NCBI GenBank assembly: GCA_002269645.1
Contig: NIVC01000011.1
Coordinates: 368,647 to 432,646 of the forward strand
Length of the DNA: 64,000 nucleotides
Direction: 5' to 3'
Origin: Macrostomum lignano
Lineage: Eukaryota
Below the pieces are notes generated by a model. The model saw only the letters and a list, made by a program, of their open reading frames with translations. It was not told the origin of the DNA and made no database searches. Position 1 is the stretch's first letter; the number at the start of each line of letters is the position of its first letter. Shown piece by piece: positions 1-12,934 of the stretch. The translations under genes and the position numbers were made by a program.

Positions 1-262
1 TCATCATCCCATTGATGATAGTCATCATCCCATAGATGATAGTCATCATCCCATAGTTGATAGTCATCATCCCATAGGCCATAGATGATAGTCATCATCC
101 CATTGATGATAGTCATCATCCAATAGGCCATAGATGATAGTCATCATCCCATTGATGATAATCATCATCCCATAGGTGATAGTCATCATCCCATTGATGA
201 TAGTCATCATCCCATTGATGATAGTCATCATCCCATTGATGATAGTCATCATCCCATAGATG
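1..262. repeat. 21-bp minisatellite (TCATCATCCCATTGATGATAG)n, about 12 copies, truncated by window start
   Basis: Direct tandem repetition visible in sequence. Confidence 0.95.
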
Positions 263-1202
263 ATTGCGAGATCAAGGGGCGCCAGTACTAGCTGATGGCT
301 TCATTGGTGGCTGAAAAAAAGAGTTGATGGTGCTCCAGATTTTGGTTCAAGTTCACCTTGGCTGAGCGGCTCATGAACACACATATATATCATCTGTCTC
401 GTGGCGCCGCCTCCTCAGTGTTTATCTCTGTTGGTGGGCCCCGCGCCAAAGTGACATGTGGGGAATGCCCCTGACAACAAAGCGATAAATAATTTTGTAT
501 AATTATACATTTATGTGCACATGTAATGCAATAATTGTTTAATAGTTTTAGCTATGGAAACTTCTTGGACCACTCTAGGAACAAAAGCAGTCTGAATCCA
601 ACAAAAAAAGATATTTTCCTATGTCTGCTGGTCGGTTAGTCCTTCCATACACTACTCAAACCCCGGCTCAATCTTGTTCAAGTGGCCCGACAATTGTGTG
701 TACAAACAAGTTGAAGGGGTCCTCTGTAGCACATCAGAGCCAGACCACTCATACATATCTTCCATTGCAGACCCTGGTGTCGCCTTTGTGTTAGTTTCGA
801 GTGCAGTAATTAGAGGCTTGCATTGCAAGTTATGACAGGACTGTGAAAAATGCACCGTTTTTCTTTGGCCAAAGCCACTCTGCTTTTCTAGTTGAAAATC
901 TCTTCCATGCTAGCATGGACGCATGTCAATCTAGCAAGCGATACATTGTTTTCCTCTCTGCTTTTTTGCGACGCCTTCTCAAGAAGGCAATTAGTCTCGA
1001 GTCTCGAGTCTCCGGTCTACACCTACTGCCTACTTCCTAAACTAAGGATTTGGCTAATAGCTTCATCAACTCAATGGGTGTGCTTTGTTATAGTTAGTGC
1101 GTGGCATTAAGCCAACACAATGCGGCGGGCTTGTCTTCATCTGCATCAAGCTCGAAATTTGCATGTTTGTCGACTGTTTAAAAAAAAAATAATAATCATT
1201 GA

Positions 1203-1493
1203 TTACACCTGCCCCAATGGACAGATGTGCAACCGACAGCTCAGCCGCAGCTATTGCGTGGCGCATCTGAAGGCTGCGTACGGCTGTTCAGTCCAAGGAC
1301 TGGGGGAGGGGGGTCGCCACACACAGCCTCAGTTACCCCAGCTAATGCTGGCACCCATTTTACAGCTGGGTGAACTGCAGCAATGCAGAGTTAAGTGTCT
1401 TGCTCAATGATTCAAATTATTCCAAGTGGGTCAAGATTCGAACCCTCGACCTTTCAGTCGTGAGTCTGACGCTGTAACCCCTAGGCTACAACC
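1203..1493 (-). mobile_element. tRNA-derived SINE with CORE-like central domain (copy 1)
   Basis: Reverse complement aligns along its full length with the copy at 7855-8145; tRNA-like head with B box GGTTCGAATC; 3' end GCAGGTGTAAT. Confidence 0.9.
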
Positions 1494-1827
1494 GTCTTCA
1501 TTTTCTTAAAAACCAAAATTAATCAACTATTCAAATGTTAAGCAGCTTCATTCAGAATTGTGGACTCTGAGAGATCGATCGTACAAAGTTTTTAGTCTTG
1601 AGCACCAAATCTTTAGCGCCGAGACACTGGAGACAAAGAGTAGAGAACCCTACAAAGCGAGGTCATTTTTACTCAACCGAAAATGATGTCCTAGAAACTT
1701 CGATCCCAGAATTAAAGTGCACCCTGTCACAGCTTAGATAACGCTCGTAGCTGACGTAAGAAACAATGAGGACTTTGTTAACGGGTGGAGTCGACCGGAT
1801 GGATGCCGGTAGTGAACCGTACAATCC

Positions 1828-2493
1828 GTGCAGAAAAACGCACGAATGGTTCGTCAAGCTGGCGTCGTATCTTCTAATGCAACTCGATCGTTTCTGCAAT
1901 ACTTGGAAGCCTGCCTGCGTGCTCTGATCTGCGACACCGGCGTTGGTCGTTTGCGAGCTGCAAGGCAACCACAGCAAATGCCACCGCAGAACCCAGACCA
2001 AAATGCAGCAGCTGTGCAGCACTCGCCAATGCGACTACCGCCAACTGCCACACAGAGACATCCGACAAAGCGATGCCGTGTCTGCAGCAACGCTGGACTA
2101 CAGAAGCGATCAGTTTTTATCTGCGGCAATTGCGTCGGACAACCGGGAATCTGCATAGAGCCGTGCTTCCGGGTGTGGCACCAGGGTCACCAGTAATCTA
2201 TTTGACTCTCATAACGTGTGTACTTATTGTTTTTTAATTTCTATGAGTCAATGCCGATTTTCATTGCGTGTACCTACATGTACTGTTAGTTTGAATTTCT
2301 ATGAGCCAATGCTGTTTTTCATTACGTGTACCCAATAAATTTCTGCATGCAAACTGCTCTTCCTCAGATGACAGTTCAATTACTGTTGGTAATTTTGTCG
2401 GATTTGTGAGTCTTAATCGCAATAAAATTGATTTATAACTCTGACGTGTAAACGTAGAGAACAAATGAACGTCTAACTGCATTGAAATGTTAA
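1828..2493 (+). mobile_element. 5'-truncated piggyBac-like remnant: transposase C-terminus with cysteine-rich domain, plus putative right end at TTAA
   Basis: ORF 1828-2196 ends HSPMRLPPT..HPTKRCRVC..G..KRSVFICGNCVGQPGICIEPCFRVWH, the piggyBac C-terminal CRD pattern; subterminal direct repeats near 2237-2333; TTAA at 2490-2493. No catalytic domain or left TIR seen. Confidence 0.75.
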
Positions 2494-3834
2494 TACATGC
2501 AAGAATTAACACAAACAGCGACTGTCTGCATAGTGATAGACACTTTTTTGCTATGTCTAAATCTAAATAATTTCGAAATACTACTGTGGCAGCTCAACTG
2601 CCGTTACGGGAGAGAACGGGGCTGCTTGGATGCGATCGTGCAAGCCATAGACACAAAATTCACTCCCCAGCTGCGGGAGGCAAGTATATATGAGCTGCGG
2701 CAGCAGTGCTGCCAACGGGAAACTCGTGGTTATTTTAAGTGCCATGCGCTGATAGAAAGTGTAGTTTTTGGTTCAAGGAGGCGGAAACTTTCACTGCATC
2801 TGTAATCTTTCCTCATCAGCCAACTTTTTACTTGCTGCTCCACAGCAAACTCGAATGCAGGTCATCCATTTCCTGTCTCAAACTACAGCTCGAGTTTGTA
2901 TTTAATAACTGAGCAAAACCTTCAATAAGCCTTCTTAGGTCCTCCTGTATGGACGGGGAGTGTTCTAGGTTGCGTAATAACAATGACACAAAAAAACTGG
3001 GGGAAACCGCGGAGATGGGAAGAGGGGACGGGAGAGCAGAGGAAGAAGCATGACTGCAAATATATGGGCGGAGTCTTTGTATCGCCTTCTCATCACTTCC
3101 CTCCGTCGCAGTGTCCCCAGCCCTTATCCTAATTAATGCTTAGCATTCGCTTCGAAGCATGAGAGCCACACGATCGCTGATCAGAGGGCTTCCCTTGTCC
3201 GCTTTGAAGCCGATGGCTGTGTTAACAGAAAAGCGCTCAAACAGATGCTTTGCTTGCGTTAAAGACGAGCATGGCAGGAGGAGGGAATTCGAAGAATCCC
3301 GAGAGCGGTCTCTGTGTGTGATGCCAGGCGCAAAATAACACGCGGTCCTCTATAGCATTCGTGTTCACCTTCAGCCACATTCGTTCCACTGTCTTTATGC
3401 GAAACGGATGCTCTGGGTCTGGCACTGGTTGCGGTTCAGTGCGCTCTAATCTCTGCTAAAGCCTTGATGCATCTTGGCCATTAATGCTGCGTATTATTTT
3501 CCATTCTTAGCCTTTGTTAAACATGGTGCCTGTCTGCTCAGAGGCCAAATCTGTTCACAGACTGCTTTTGAGCGCGAAAATCTACACGCGTGAAAAGGCT
3601 TTTATGACGCAACCGGTTCTAAAGAAACTGTTTTTTTTAGCAGTGATGGATTTCTATTAGACTTTGCGATAGCTTAGTGAAATTGAGAAAGTCTCCGCTA
3701 AGATCTGCTTTTGTTTCTCTCCTTTTATTGGGCTCTTCTTCTCTTGCCCTCTCCGTTTTCTTTTAATCTCCTTACCGAGCCTTCCTTTCTCCATCTTCTC
3801 TCAGTAGCTCGCTCCCTCGCACTATATTCCCCTC

Positions 3835-4035
3835 TTCTTAGCTCCCTCTCTCCCTGTCTCCCTCTCTCCCTGTCTGCCTCTCTCCCTGTCTGCCTCTCTC
3901 CCTGTCTGCCTCTCTCCCTGTCTGCCTCTCTCCCTGTCTCCCTCTCTCCCTGTCTCCCTCATTCCCTGTCTCCCTCTCTCCCTCTCTCCCCCTCTCTCTC
4001 TCCCTCTTTCCCTCTCTCCCTCTCTTCATGTCTCT
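3835..4035. repeat. CT-rich microsatellite (CTCTCTCCCTGT-like)
   Basis: Visible low-complexity tandem repeat. Confidence 0.9.
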
Positions 4036-4591
4036 CTCTCTTATTACGTACTCGCATCTCACTATCTCCCTCTTACTTCTTAACCTCAATATAATTTCGT
4101 TTCCTTTGTATTATTCCTCTATAATCATATATATTTCTTTATGCATTAAAATCAGCACTAAAAGTCTCAATATGCATATTAAGCACTCCGTATCGAACAT
4201 CTGAAATAAGCCAGAAATTTTGAATGCAAAGCAAAATTGTAGCCGAAAAACTGGAAAATCCTTTTAGATTTGTAGAGGTTTTTCTCTTCATAATTTTTTT
4301 CATCAGACCCGAAGCAGCCACCTAGCTCCCAGTAGCGAAGCGTTAACGAGCAGCCGTGTCGTCCTTGCACGTTGCTGATTTTCAACACGGCTTGATTCTT
4401 AGAAAACCTTGCTTGCACTACCAGACGAAGGTTGTTAAACGGAACAGCACCAGGCAACAGCTTCGCATTGCCTCGAGGGAATATTTCCCGGGCAAGGGTT
4501 GCAACGAAGCTGGCGAGTTCGAAAAAGTTGCGCCAAGTTAACTAAACAACTGGAGTTGTAACCGGAGTTTTTTCAAACTGCAAAGCGATTC

Positions 4592-4845
4592 AAGATGTCA
4601 GGGCTGACGGAGGGAATTGCTAAGAGGTCAAGGCTGACGGAGGGAATTGCTGAGATGTCAAGGCTGACGGAGGGAATTGCTGAGATGTCAAGGCTTACTG
4701 GGGGAATTGCTGAGATGTCAAGGCTTACTGGGGGAATTGCTGAGATGTCAAGGCTTACTGGGGGAATGCTGAGATGTCGAGGCTCACTGGGGGAATTGCT
4801 GAGATGTCAAGGCTTACTGGGGGAATTGCTGAGATGTCAAGGCTG
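4592..4845. repeat. 30-bp minisatellite (GAGATGTCAAGGCTTACTGGGGGAATTGCT)n, about 8 copies, just inside a Helitron-like 3' end
   Basis: Tandem units visible; reverse complement matches the degenerate AGCCTTGACATCTCAGCAATTCCCCC motifs at 56100-56780. Confidence 0.9.
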
Positions 4846-4889
4846 AGGCGTTAAAAGCTGTAGTTTATTCAAAAAAATATTCCATTCTT

Positions 4890-4945
4890 TGTTGGCTCCC
4901 CTAGAGGGGGGCTGATTGCTAGTCCAATATACTAAAAATGAGTTG
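4890..4945 (+). mobile_element. Head-to-tail junction of two Helitron-like elements (hairpin-CTAG | TC)
   Basis: GGCTCCCCTAGAGGGGGGC hairpin, then CTAG (4919-4922) directly followed by TCCAATATACTAAAAATG; the same junction occurs at 38039, 55993 and 58888. Confidence 0.75.
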
Positions 4946-5913
4946 TTTGTCTATGGGTAGGTAGGAGATTGATTTCAGCAGTCTTTCACAAAAATGCATT
5001 GTAAGTCAATTTTTTAATATATTAACTTTGTCTTATTTTTTCTTTGTCAACAAAAAACCACGAGATTCTGAGTCGTTTTTTGGTCAAAGTATTGATACGA
5101 GCGTAGGTAAAAATGTCAATGAACATTTCAACAAAATCTGGGTCTTGGATGTCCAATTTAAATTAAACAAATTTTAAATCTGATTTGCTCATATATATCG
5201 AACTGGAGCAATGTAGAAAAACCTTGACTTCCTATCCAGATTTTCGTTTTGTAAACTCCATGGCAACTTACTTAGGCCACCTGATGCCCTGACTTTCAGA
5301 AGAGTGAATGATCGAAAAAAATTGGCGAGCAAAAGTCAAAATAAGAAAAATATTTTAACATCGGTTGAATGCATGTTGCTGCCGGCTGATTACATGTTAG
5401 GCTTTGAGACTCCTAGCATGGAAAATTAGCGGCGTTAGGGAGCTCGAGTCCTCAGACTTCGGCTCAGCCGCTCCCGTTCGCTATTTTTTCTTCACTTCCT
5501 GTCTCTTTCTTCGTTTCGCCTTTCATTTTCTCCTAGGGCAGTGTGCGAGTGTGTGCATGTGTTTCTTTACAAAAGAAGTCGAGCCCTTTCCGAAAGACAG
5601 GCCACAAGTCTACATTTTGCTGATAAGAGCAAAGCAAATACACTGAGGGGGAGCTCCGGCCCTGTCATTGGATGCAAGCCGGTTTCGTGTGTAATGAAAG
5701 CTGAACTGGTGACTGATGCTTTGATTGGGATAAGACACGGTTAACTTTGGATTAATAATGCGACCTCGAAGTTAATAAGTTGCTGAGGGAGAACGACAGA
5801 CAGACAGGTAATAATGAGAAACTGAGACGATAACTGTGACTAAGAGCACAAATAGGACAGGTAGAAAAGGATAAATGGGGTAAAATACGGACGCTACGAC
5901 AAAAAATTAGGAT

Positions 5914-6110
5914 AGACACTGGGAAAGACAGATACTGAGACAGACACAAGGACAGGCAGACACTGGGAAAGACAGATACTGAGACAGACACAAGGACAGG
6001 CAGACACTGGGAAAGACAGATACTGAGACAGACACAAGGACAGGCAGACACTGGGAAAGACAGATACTGAGACAGACACAAGGACAGGCAGACACTAGGA
6101 AAGACGGATA
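5914..6110. repeat. 44-bp minisatellite (GACACTGGGAAAGACAGATACTGAGACAGACACAAGGACAGGCA)n, about 4.5 copies
   Basis: Tandem units visible. Confidence 0.9.
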
Positions 6111-7008
6111 CGTATCAGCTAATACTAAGACTAATACTAATAGTTTAGCTAATGCTAACAAAAAAGACAGGCGAGGCAGACTAACGGACAGAATGATAGA
6201 CAGGCACATATGCAGTCGTTTAAAGCCGCAACAAGCGTCTAAAGAAGTACCAATAGCCAGTAAGTGAGCGAATCAGTACAAAAAAGAACTTTGACAATAG
6301 ATGAATTGTCCAACAAAAACTGTATATCCCTACTGGCCATAGTGTCTCGACTTTCGTCCCAAAAATGATTAGAAATTTCCTTGCGTAAAATCGAGCCAAT
6401 ACAGGCACAAGATGTGGGATTATCATTAAACCATCTGCGTCAGACCCGTTCCAGCGCATTCAGTCCAGGTGCGTCGCTGAAGAAGAATGAAAATAAACTT
6501 GCAGAAAATATATGGCCTACACGGGGGAACACCCGCTGACAATATGGTCCCCATCTAATCATACGCTTCTTGGGATTTCTACGTTATCTACGAAGTTGAT
6601 TTTTTTCAAATCAATCGACCAAGCTGGATGGAGATTAACTTTTGCGATAGCAAAACGGTTGCCCAGTCTGCAGACGAAAGTCTTTGTTCGAATTTAGTGA
6701 CGTAACAACGGACTAGGGGGTCTGGATGCACCCCGACATTCAATGAGAAATCCACGTGTTCGAGTTGGCCAAATCGTAAATCAGTTCCTCTCTGTCTGCA
6801 TGTGCGCATAAAATTCTTCACGAGAACTGTAATTGACATGTACAATGATATCGCCTTGGCGCTGAGGCCGTTCTGCAGTAGCGATATGCATTTATGAAAT
6901 ATGGCTATGACTATTGGCTGTGATATCTTGATAACTTATACTCTTTGGGAAGACAGATCTACAGAAGTTTCTAGCTATTCACTTTTGATAGGAGCTGATG
7001 CACAATTT

Positions 7009-7262
<254 letters not shown>

Positions 7263-7854
7263 TACAAAGACACAAAGACAGAACGGTTTTTATTTTTTTG
7301 TAAACAGATTCGGCAGCCAAGTTTTGCTTGCTGAAGACATTTAATTACAGCGTCTCTCTGGACAGACCGAGTAATGCACTGGATGAGTCACAGCGGTTTC
7401 AAGTTCCTAAAACTTTGTTCGCAGGTTCACAAGAAAGTATCCGTTCTTCGCGTTTTTCGGATCTGCCGCAAAGCTATCAACAGTGTTTTTGTGGCGCCCT
7501 CTTTAATGGCTGTTTCCGCACTGCAGCTAAATAAATATGATTTTCTCTTACCTTAGAGCTCGCAGAGATTATTTGCTTGAAGTCGCATGATCGAAAGCTG
7601 CACAGTTTCGATGCGATTAATGCTATTTACTTTGGTTTTAATTTCGGCTCGTAAGATGAATTAAAAACCATTAGCTGCGTAGAGACTGAGAAAATGCCTA
7701 AAACACCTTTAGAGATTCTTTTAGACCAAATATACTCGTAATCTTCTATATTGAAACTGTTGTTGGTGCATCTTAGTTTGAAATGGTCGTGTTTTGTTAA
7801 AACTAGCCTAAGAATCTTCTAATACTTTCTAATTACTTCTAAATATGATTGAAT

Positions 7855-8145
7855 GGGGTTGTGGCGTAGTGGTTAGAGCGTCTGACTCACGACTGAAAGG
7901 TCGGGGGTTCGAATCTCGATCCACTTGGAACAATTTGTGTCCTTGAGCAAGACGCTTAACTCTGCATTGCTTCAGTTCACCCAGCTATAAAATGGGTGCC
8001 AGCATTAGCTGGGGTAATTGAGGCTGTGTGTGGCGACCCCCCAGTCCTTGGACTGAACAGCCGTACGCAGCCTTCAGATGCGCCGCGCAATAGCTGCGGC
8101 TGAGCTGTCGGTTGCACATCTGAGCATTGGGGGCAGGTGTAATAA
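7855..8145 (+). mobile_element. tRNA-derived SINE with CORE-like domain (copy 2, most intact)
   Basis: A box TGGCGTAGTGG (7862-7872), B box GGTTCGAATC (7906-7915), then GTGTCCTTGAGCAAGACGCTTAAC...CAGCTATAAAATGGG resembling the MIR/CORE consensus; A-rich tail. Confidence 0.92.
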
Positions 8146-8654
8146 AAAATAGCATATTTAAGTTGCCGATGCTATTAGACCCTGACAAAAATGAGCATTT
8201 AGGAGGTCTCAAGGAATCAAATTCAGAATAAGGAAATCAGGATTTTGTAAAAAGCTCTTTTACGAGTATACTAGCATCATTAAGGTGTCGAATTGCATTT
8301 GGAATTTGTCCAATCGAGGAGCTAACTTTAATCCGGTTCCTCACTTTGAACTAAAAGCGACTCAACCCTTTACTGAAAGGTTTACTTAATCCCTTAGTCC
8401 TAATGGGTAGATTAGCTTCAAAGAGTGGAGTATTTTGTTCCTTGTCCATCCACTTTGCTGGCCCTCCAGAGTATCTGTTTGCTTTTCTTTTTCTTCACCA
8501 GCGGGAGTGTCGGAGCCCATCCTGAGAGTCTCTGTGCAGTCTCTTGGATATACAAGCTATTCTCTATCTGTCTCTGTGGTGCTATGTCTGTATAGTTTAT
8601 GATCCTATTTCTATGGCTTGTGGTGCTGTCTAGAAATGTCCATAGTTTGTGTAA

Positions 8655-8938
8655 ATGTCTATGGTCTATGGAGATATGTCTATATGGTCTGTGGAGATAT
8701 GTCTATGGTCTGTGGAGATATGTCTATATGGTCTATGGAAATATGTCTATGGTCTAGAGATATTTCTATGATTTATCGAGATATGTCTAATGGTCTTTGG
8801 AGATATGTCTAATGGTCTATGGAGATACGTTAATTTCTGTGGAGATATTTCTATATGGTCTGTGGAGATATGTCTATGGTCTGTGGAGATATTTCTATAT
8901 GGTCTGTGGAGATATGTCTATGGTCTGTGGAGATATGT
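8655..8938. repeat. 21-23-bp minisatellite (ATGGTCTGTGGAGATATGTCT)n
   Basis: Degenerate tandem units visible. Confidence 0.9.
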
Positions 8939-10154
8939 CCTGTTTTTGTAGAGCTTATTTTGCGCTGTCTGAAAATGACTCTACGTGCTCACATAGCCTA
9001 TGAAGCTAAGTAGCTGTTGCTTATACGAGTAAGTCAGTCTGAGGAGGCAGAGATATCGAAATTTCCCAATAACAATCAAGAGAGTCGAAGCACTTTTACC
9101 CAATTCTATCGGATAGCTAAATTGAGCCTTGGCCATCCTCAACTGTAATGGGAATTAGGAACATTTAGACAAAGATAGTGTAGATATAGAGGTTCCTGAA
9201 AACCCCCCAGTCCATGCAGACAGAGTGGCATCCATAATGCTACTCCACCCAAAACTTTTGAGAGAAAGAGAGAGAGAGACAAGTTTCGAACCAATTCTGG
9301 ACTGGGAAGCTGGGAGGGTTGCTAGGGTATTAGAAATCAGGGCTCGCTGGGGAATCGCTGGGGGGATCCTACTTTATACATGACGCTGCAGTCCCACTGA
9401 TGAGTTTCGATGATAAAATCTAAGCGATGGATAGTGAAGAGAGTAAGTGAGGCCGAAGGGATCTCACAGAGGGGCTTAGCGGCATGAACGCTGAACTAGT
9501 TGACTTTCTCGAGTCCCTTTAGTCTTGTCTTCTCCGCATGCAGGCTTTTCTTTCATTATGCTTTCCTAGAAAAGCCTTAGCCCAATCCTTTCCTTTTATA
9601 CTTTCAGGCAATGATGGCAACTTTTCTTTCTGCATGCTTTATTCTTCTTCCTTGACGACGCGGCTGTAAGTCCTTATCGACTTGCGCGTGAGCGCTTAAA
9701 GACGATGCTAAATGTGGGTGGTTGTTCGAAAAATCGAATGAGCAATAGAGGGGAGAAAGAGGAGAGAAGGGGACCGAAGGCGGGGAGGCATTAGGGTTCT
9801 CGGCCATCGCAACTGAAGCGTGAGTGACTGAAGAGGGTGGCTGTCTCCAAGCTCAAGTCTGCGTAATCCCTCCTCCCCCAAAAAATCGCCATCCCTGCAT
9901 CAACGGCATCGCGGTTCATTGAGCTCGCTGGCAAAACTGCCGCATTGCCATCTCGGATATTTTTTCTTAGGTCGAATCGGGTCAGGCCAGGTCTAGCTTG
10001 ACTCTTCGGTGCTAAGTGGTTTAACGATCTATCAGGTTTAGGTTAAAAGGTATAGTTCGATTGTCATAATTCAGCTATCGATATGTTTTTGGTTTAGGTA
10101 CCCAGCTAAGTGGTTTAGGTACCCAGTTACAAAAGTACTAAGAGACCAATGTAC

Positions 10155-10605
10155 CTACTCAGTGACTAAGGTACACAATGACCAAGATACTCAATCACTA
10201 AGATACTCAATGACTAAAATACTCAATGACTGAGGTACTCAATGACTAAGGTACTCAATGACTGAGGTACTCAGTGACTAAGATACTCAATAACTAAGAT
10301 ACTCAGTGACCAAGACACTCAGTGACCAAGACAATCAGTGACTAAGATACTCAGTGACTAAGATACTCAGTGACCAAGACAATCAGTGACTAAGATACTC
10401 AGTGACTAAGATACTCAGTGACCAAGACAATCAGTGACTAAGATACTCAGTAACTAAGATACTCAATGACTAAGATACTCAGTGACTAAGATACTCAGTG
10501 ACAAAGAAACTCAGTGACTAAGATACTCAGTGACAAAGATACTCAGTGACAAAGAAACTCAGTGACTAAGATACTCAGTGACAAAGATACTCAGTGACCA
10601 AGACA
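10155..10605. repeat. 16-bp minisatellite (ACTAAGATACTCAGTG)n, about 28 copies
   Basis: Tandem units visible. Confidence 0.93.
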
Positions 10606-11039
10606 CTCTGTGAGAAAAGTACTCAGTGTCTAAGGCACTTAAGGACTCTAAAAGTGTCAATCAGCGAAAATTGCTCATCCAATCCAGAATTGCTGCACCT
10701 TCTTTGCCAAAGCACTCTCAACTATTCGAAATCGTATTTTCTAATCGAACGAGCACGCCGAGGAAGTGCTCACCCGAGTCCAGGCCATAAATTCGTTTTC
10801 CCAATTCCAGAAATTTTTCGTTCGAATGGTTACTGACGAAATTTACGTTAAGCAGGCTCGAGGCTTGGGATTCACTTTTTTCGGGGTCCCGGTTAGGGTC
10901 GCGACCCCGTAAATTGTTTTGGGGAGAGTTCTTTCTTCTCTTCAGCTTGAGTCACTTCATCTGAACTTGAGGCGCGCGTGAATGTCAACTGAATTCAGCG
11001 GCCCTTTTTCACTAAATTCGCTGCGGTTCTGTGCTTGTT

Positions 11040-11620
11040 TTGGCGCCCTCCTGATTGCTAAATTTGGCGCCCCCTGACACCATGATTGGCGCCCCCTGAC
11101 GCTCTGATTGGCGCCCCCTGACGCTCTGATTGGCGCCCCCTGACACTCCAGTTTGGTGCCCCCTGACACCCTGATTGGCGCCCCCTGACACTCTGATTAG
11201 CGCTCCCTGACACTCTGATTAGCGCCCTCTGACACTCTGATTGGAGCCCCCTGACACTCTGATTGGCGCCCCCTGACACTCCAGTTTGGCGCCCCATGAC
11301 ACTCCAGTTTGGCGCCCCCTGACACTCTGATTGGCGCCCCCTGACAATCTGATTGGTGCCCCCTGACACTCTGATTAGCGCCCCCTGACGCTCTGATTGG
11401 CGCCAGCTGACACTCTGATTGGCGCCCCCTGACACTCTGATTAGCGCCCCCTGACACTCTGATTGGTGCCCTATGACACTCTGATTGGCGCCAGCTGACA
11501 CTCTGATTGGCGCTACCTGACACTCTGATTGGCGCCCCCCTGACACCCTGATTGGCGCCCCCTGACACGATCCACTTTGGCACCTCCTGACACATAAAAT
11601 TCGGCGCCCCTGACACTCCG
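11040..11620. repeat. 21-22-bp GC-rich minisatellite (GGCGCCCCCTGACACTCTGATT)n
   Basis: About 26 tandem units; overlapping ORFs are repeat-derived. Confidence 0.93.
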
Positions 11621-12189
11621 ATGTAGCACTACCTGATCCCCTCCAGCACTAAGTTTACAGCCCTGACACTCGTAATTATTACCTCCCCTGATGCGCCATT
11701 TGACGTCGACGACAATTTTTACGATGCGCTGGGACATCAGCCGCTGCGCACATTTGAGCTGTGCATGTTGAAAATCAGAGACTCAGATGAAACGCTAGCT
11801 CGTAATATCAATGGATCATTCCATCCAATGCATAGAGAATAGAAAAAAAACTATAAGAACATGGTCAATCAACTCTTCTTAATGAGGCGAAATGATTGTA
11901 CCAGAATTAACCGTTCATTACGGTACCCCCTCAGGTTTGTCAACCTTATGAGTGACAGTTACTTTTTTCTATTTTATTTTACTTGTCTGTAACCTGTCTA
12001 ATTATCTGCAGTGTGTGCAGCAGTAAGTGGCCACTTTTTTGCAAAGCAGTCCCACAGTTGCTAGCACTATGGGTGGTCTCTTATACTCAAGCCAGCAGTG
12101 GGTCCTGAATAACTGTTAAATGCTCGATGCTGAGCACAATAAGTTCTAAATATATGGGGGCTAGGATTCTACTCCTACGAGCGTAATAT

Positions 12190-12472
12190 TCTCTACTCTA
12201 CTCTACTCTACTCTACTCTACTCCACTCCACTCTACTCTACTCTACTCTACTCTACTCTACTCTACTCTACTCTACTCTACTCTACTCGACTCCACTCTA
12301 CTCTACTCTACTCTACTCTACTCTACTTTACTCTACTCTACTCTACTTTCCTCTACTCTACTCTATTCTACTCTACTCTACTCTACTTTACTCTACTCTA
12401 CTCTACTTTACTCTACTCTACTCTACTCTACTCTACTCTACTCTACTCTACTCTACTCTACTCTACTCTACT
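12190..12472. repeat. (CTCTA)n pentanucleotide microsatellite
   Basis: About 55 units. Confidence 0.97.
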
Positions 12473-12934
12473 TCACGATTCACGATTCAGGAAAGTGTTA
12501 AACATAGTTGATCAAATGTGTTTCATCCTTAGACTCCAATAAAGCTGTCCACGAGGACAAAGTTTAGGGTCACAACAGGTACAACTACGAGCTATTTTTG
12601 TCAGACTTATAAAAGACAATAAATATGATAAATTACTGCTTATGAGGTAGGCAAGCAACGCAACAGCATTCTAAGAACGGTGCAGAGACCGAGCCTGTCT
12701 CAGCGCCCTCCACAGTCGGCGGTCCATTAACCCGCTACACGTTTTGCCTCAGCCATTTTTTATTTTACTTAATTACTTCTCAGCAGAGGCATGAGAATCT
12801 ATTAGGTAAATTGGACAAATGAAGACAGTAATTGAGTTAATATTTGTTCTAGCAATGCCCGTGTTTATTGCAAAAAGCTTGCTGAGAAAGTCTTCTAGCG
12901 TGCCGATCGATGCTCTGTATGTAGTGTTCCATGG

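Noticed and set aside
815-895. Second degenerate Cys-rich transposase tail (HCKL*QDCEKCTVFL..LCF)
   Set aside because: Short, contains a stop, and has no supporting flanking homology; could be chance
7855-7930. Possible tRNA-Val(CAC) gene
   Set aside because: Acceptor and anticodon stems pair poorly and the sequence continues into a multicopy SINE body, so it is a SINE head
9385-9430. Hammerhead ribozyme core CTGATGAG (and CTGAGGA..CGAAA at 9039-9062)
   Set aside because: No stem II followed by GAAA at 9398; stem I cannot form at 9039; no Penelope ORF recognised nearby
11040-11620. Array unit contains a CTCF-like core (CAGGGGGCGC on the minus strand)
   Set aside because: The 5' CCAC/CCAG half of the motif is missing and GGCGCCCC motifs are common in hAT subterminal repeats
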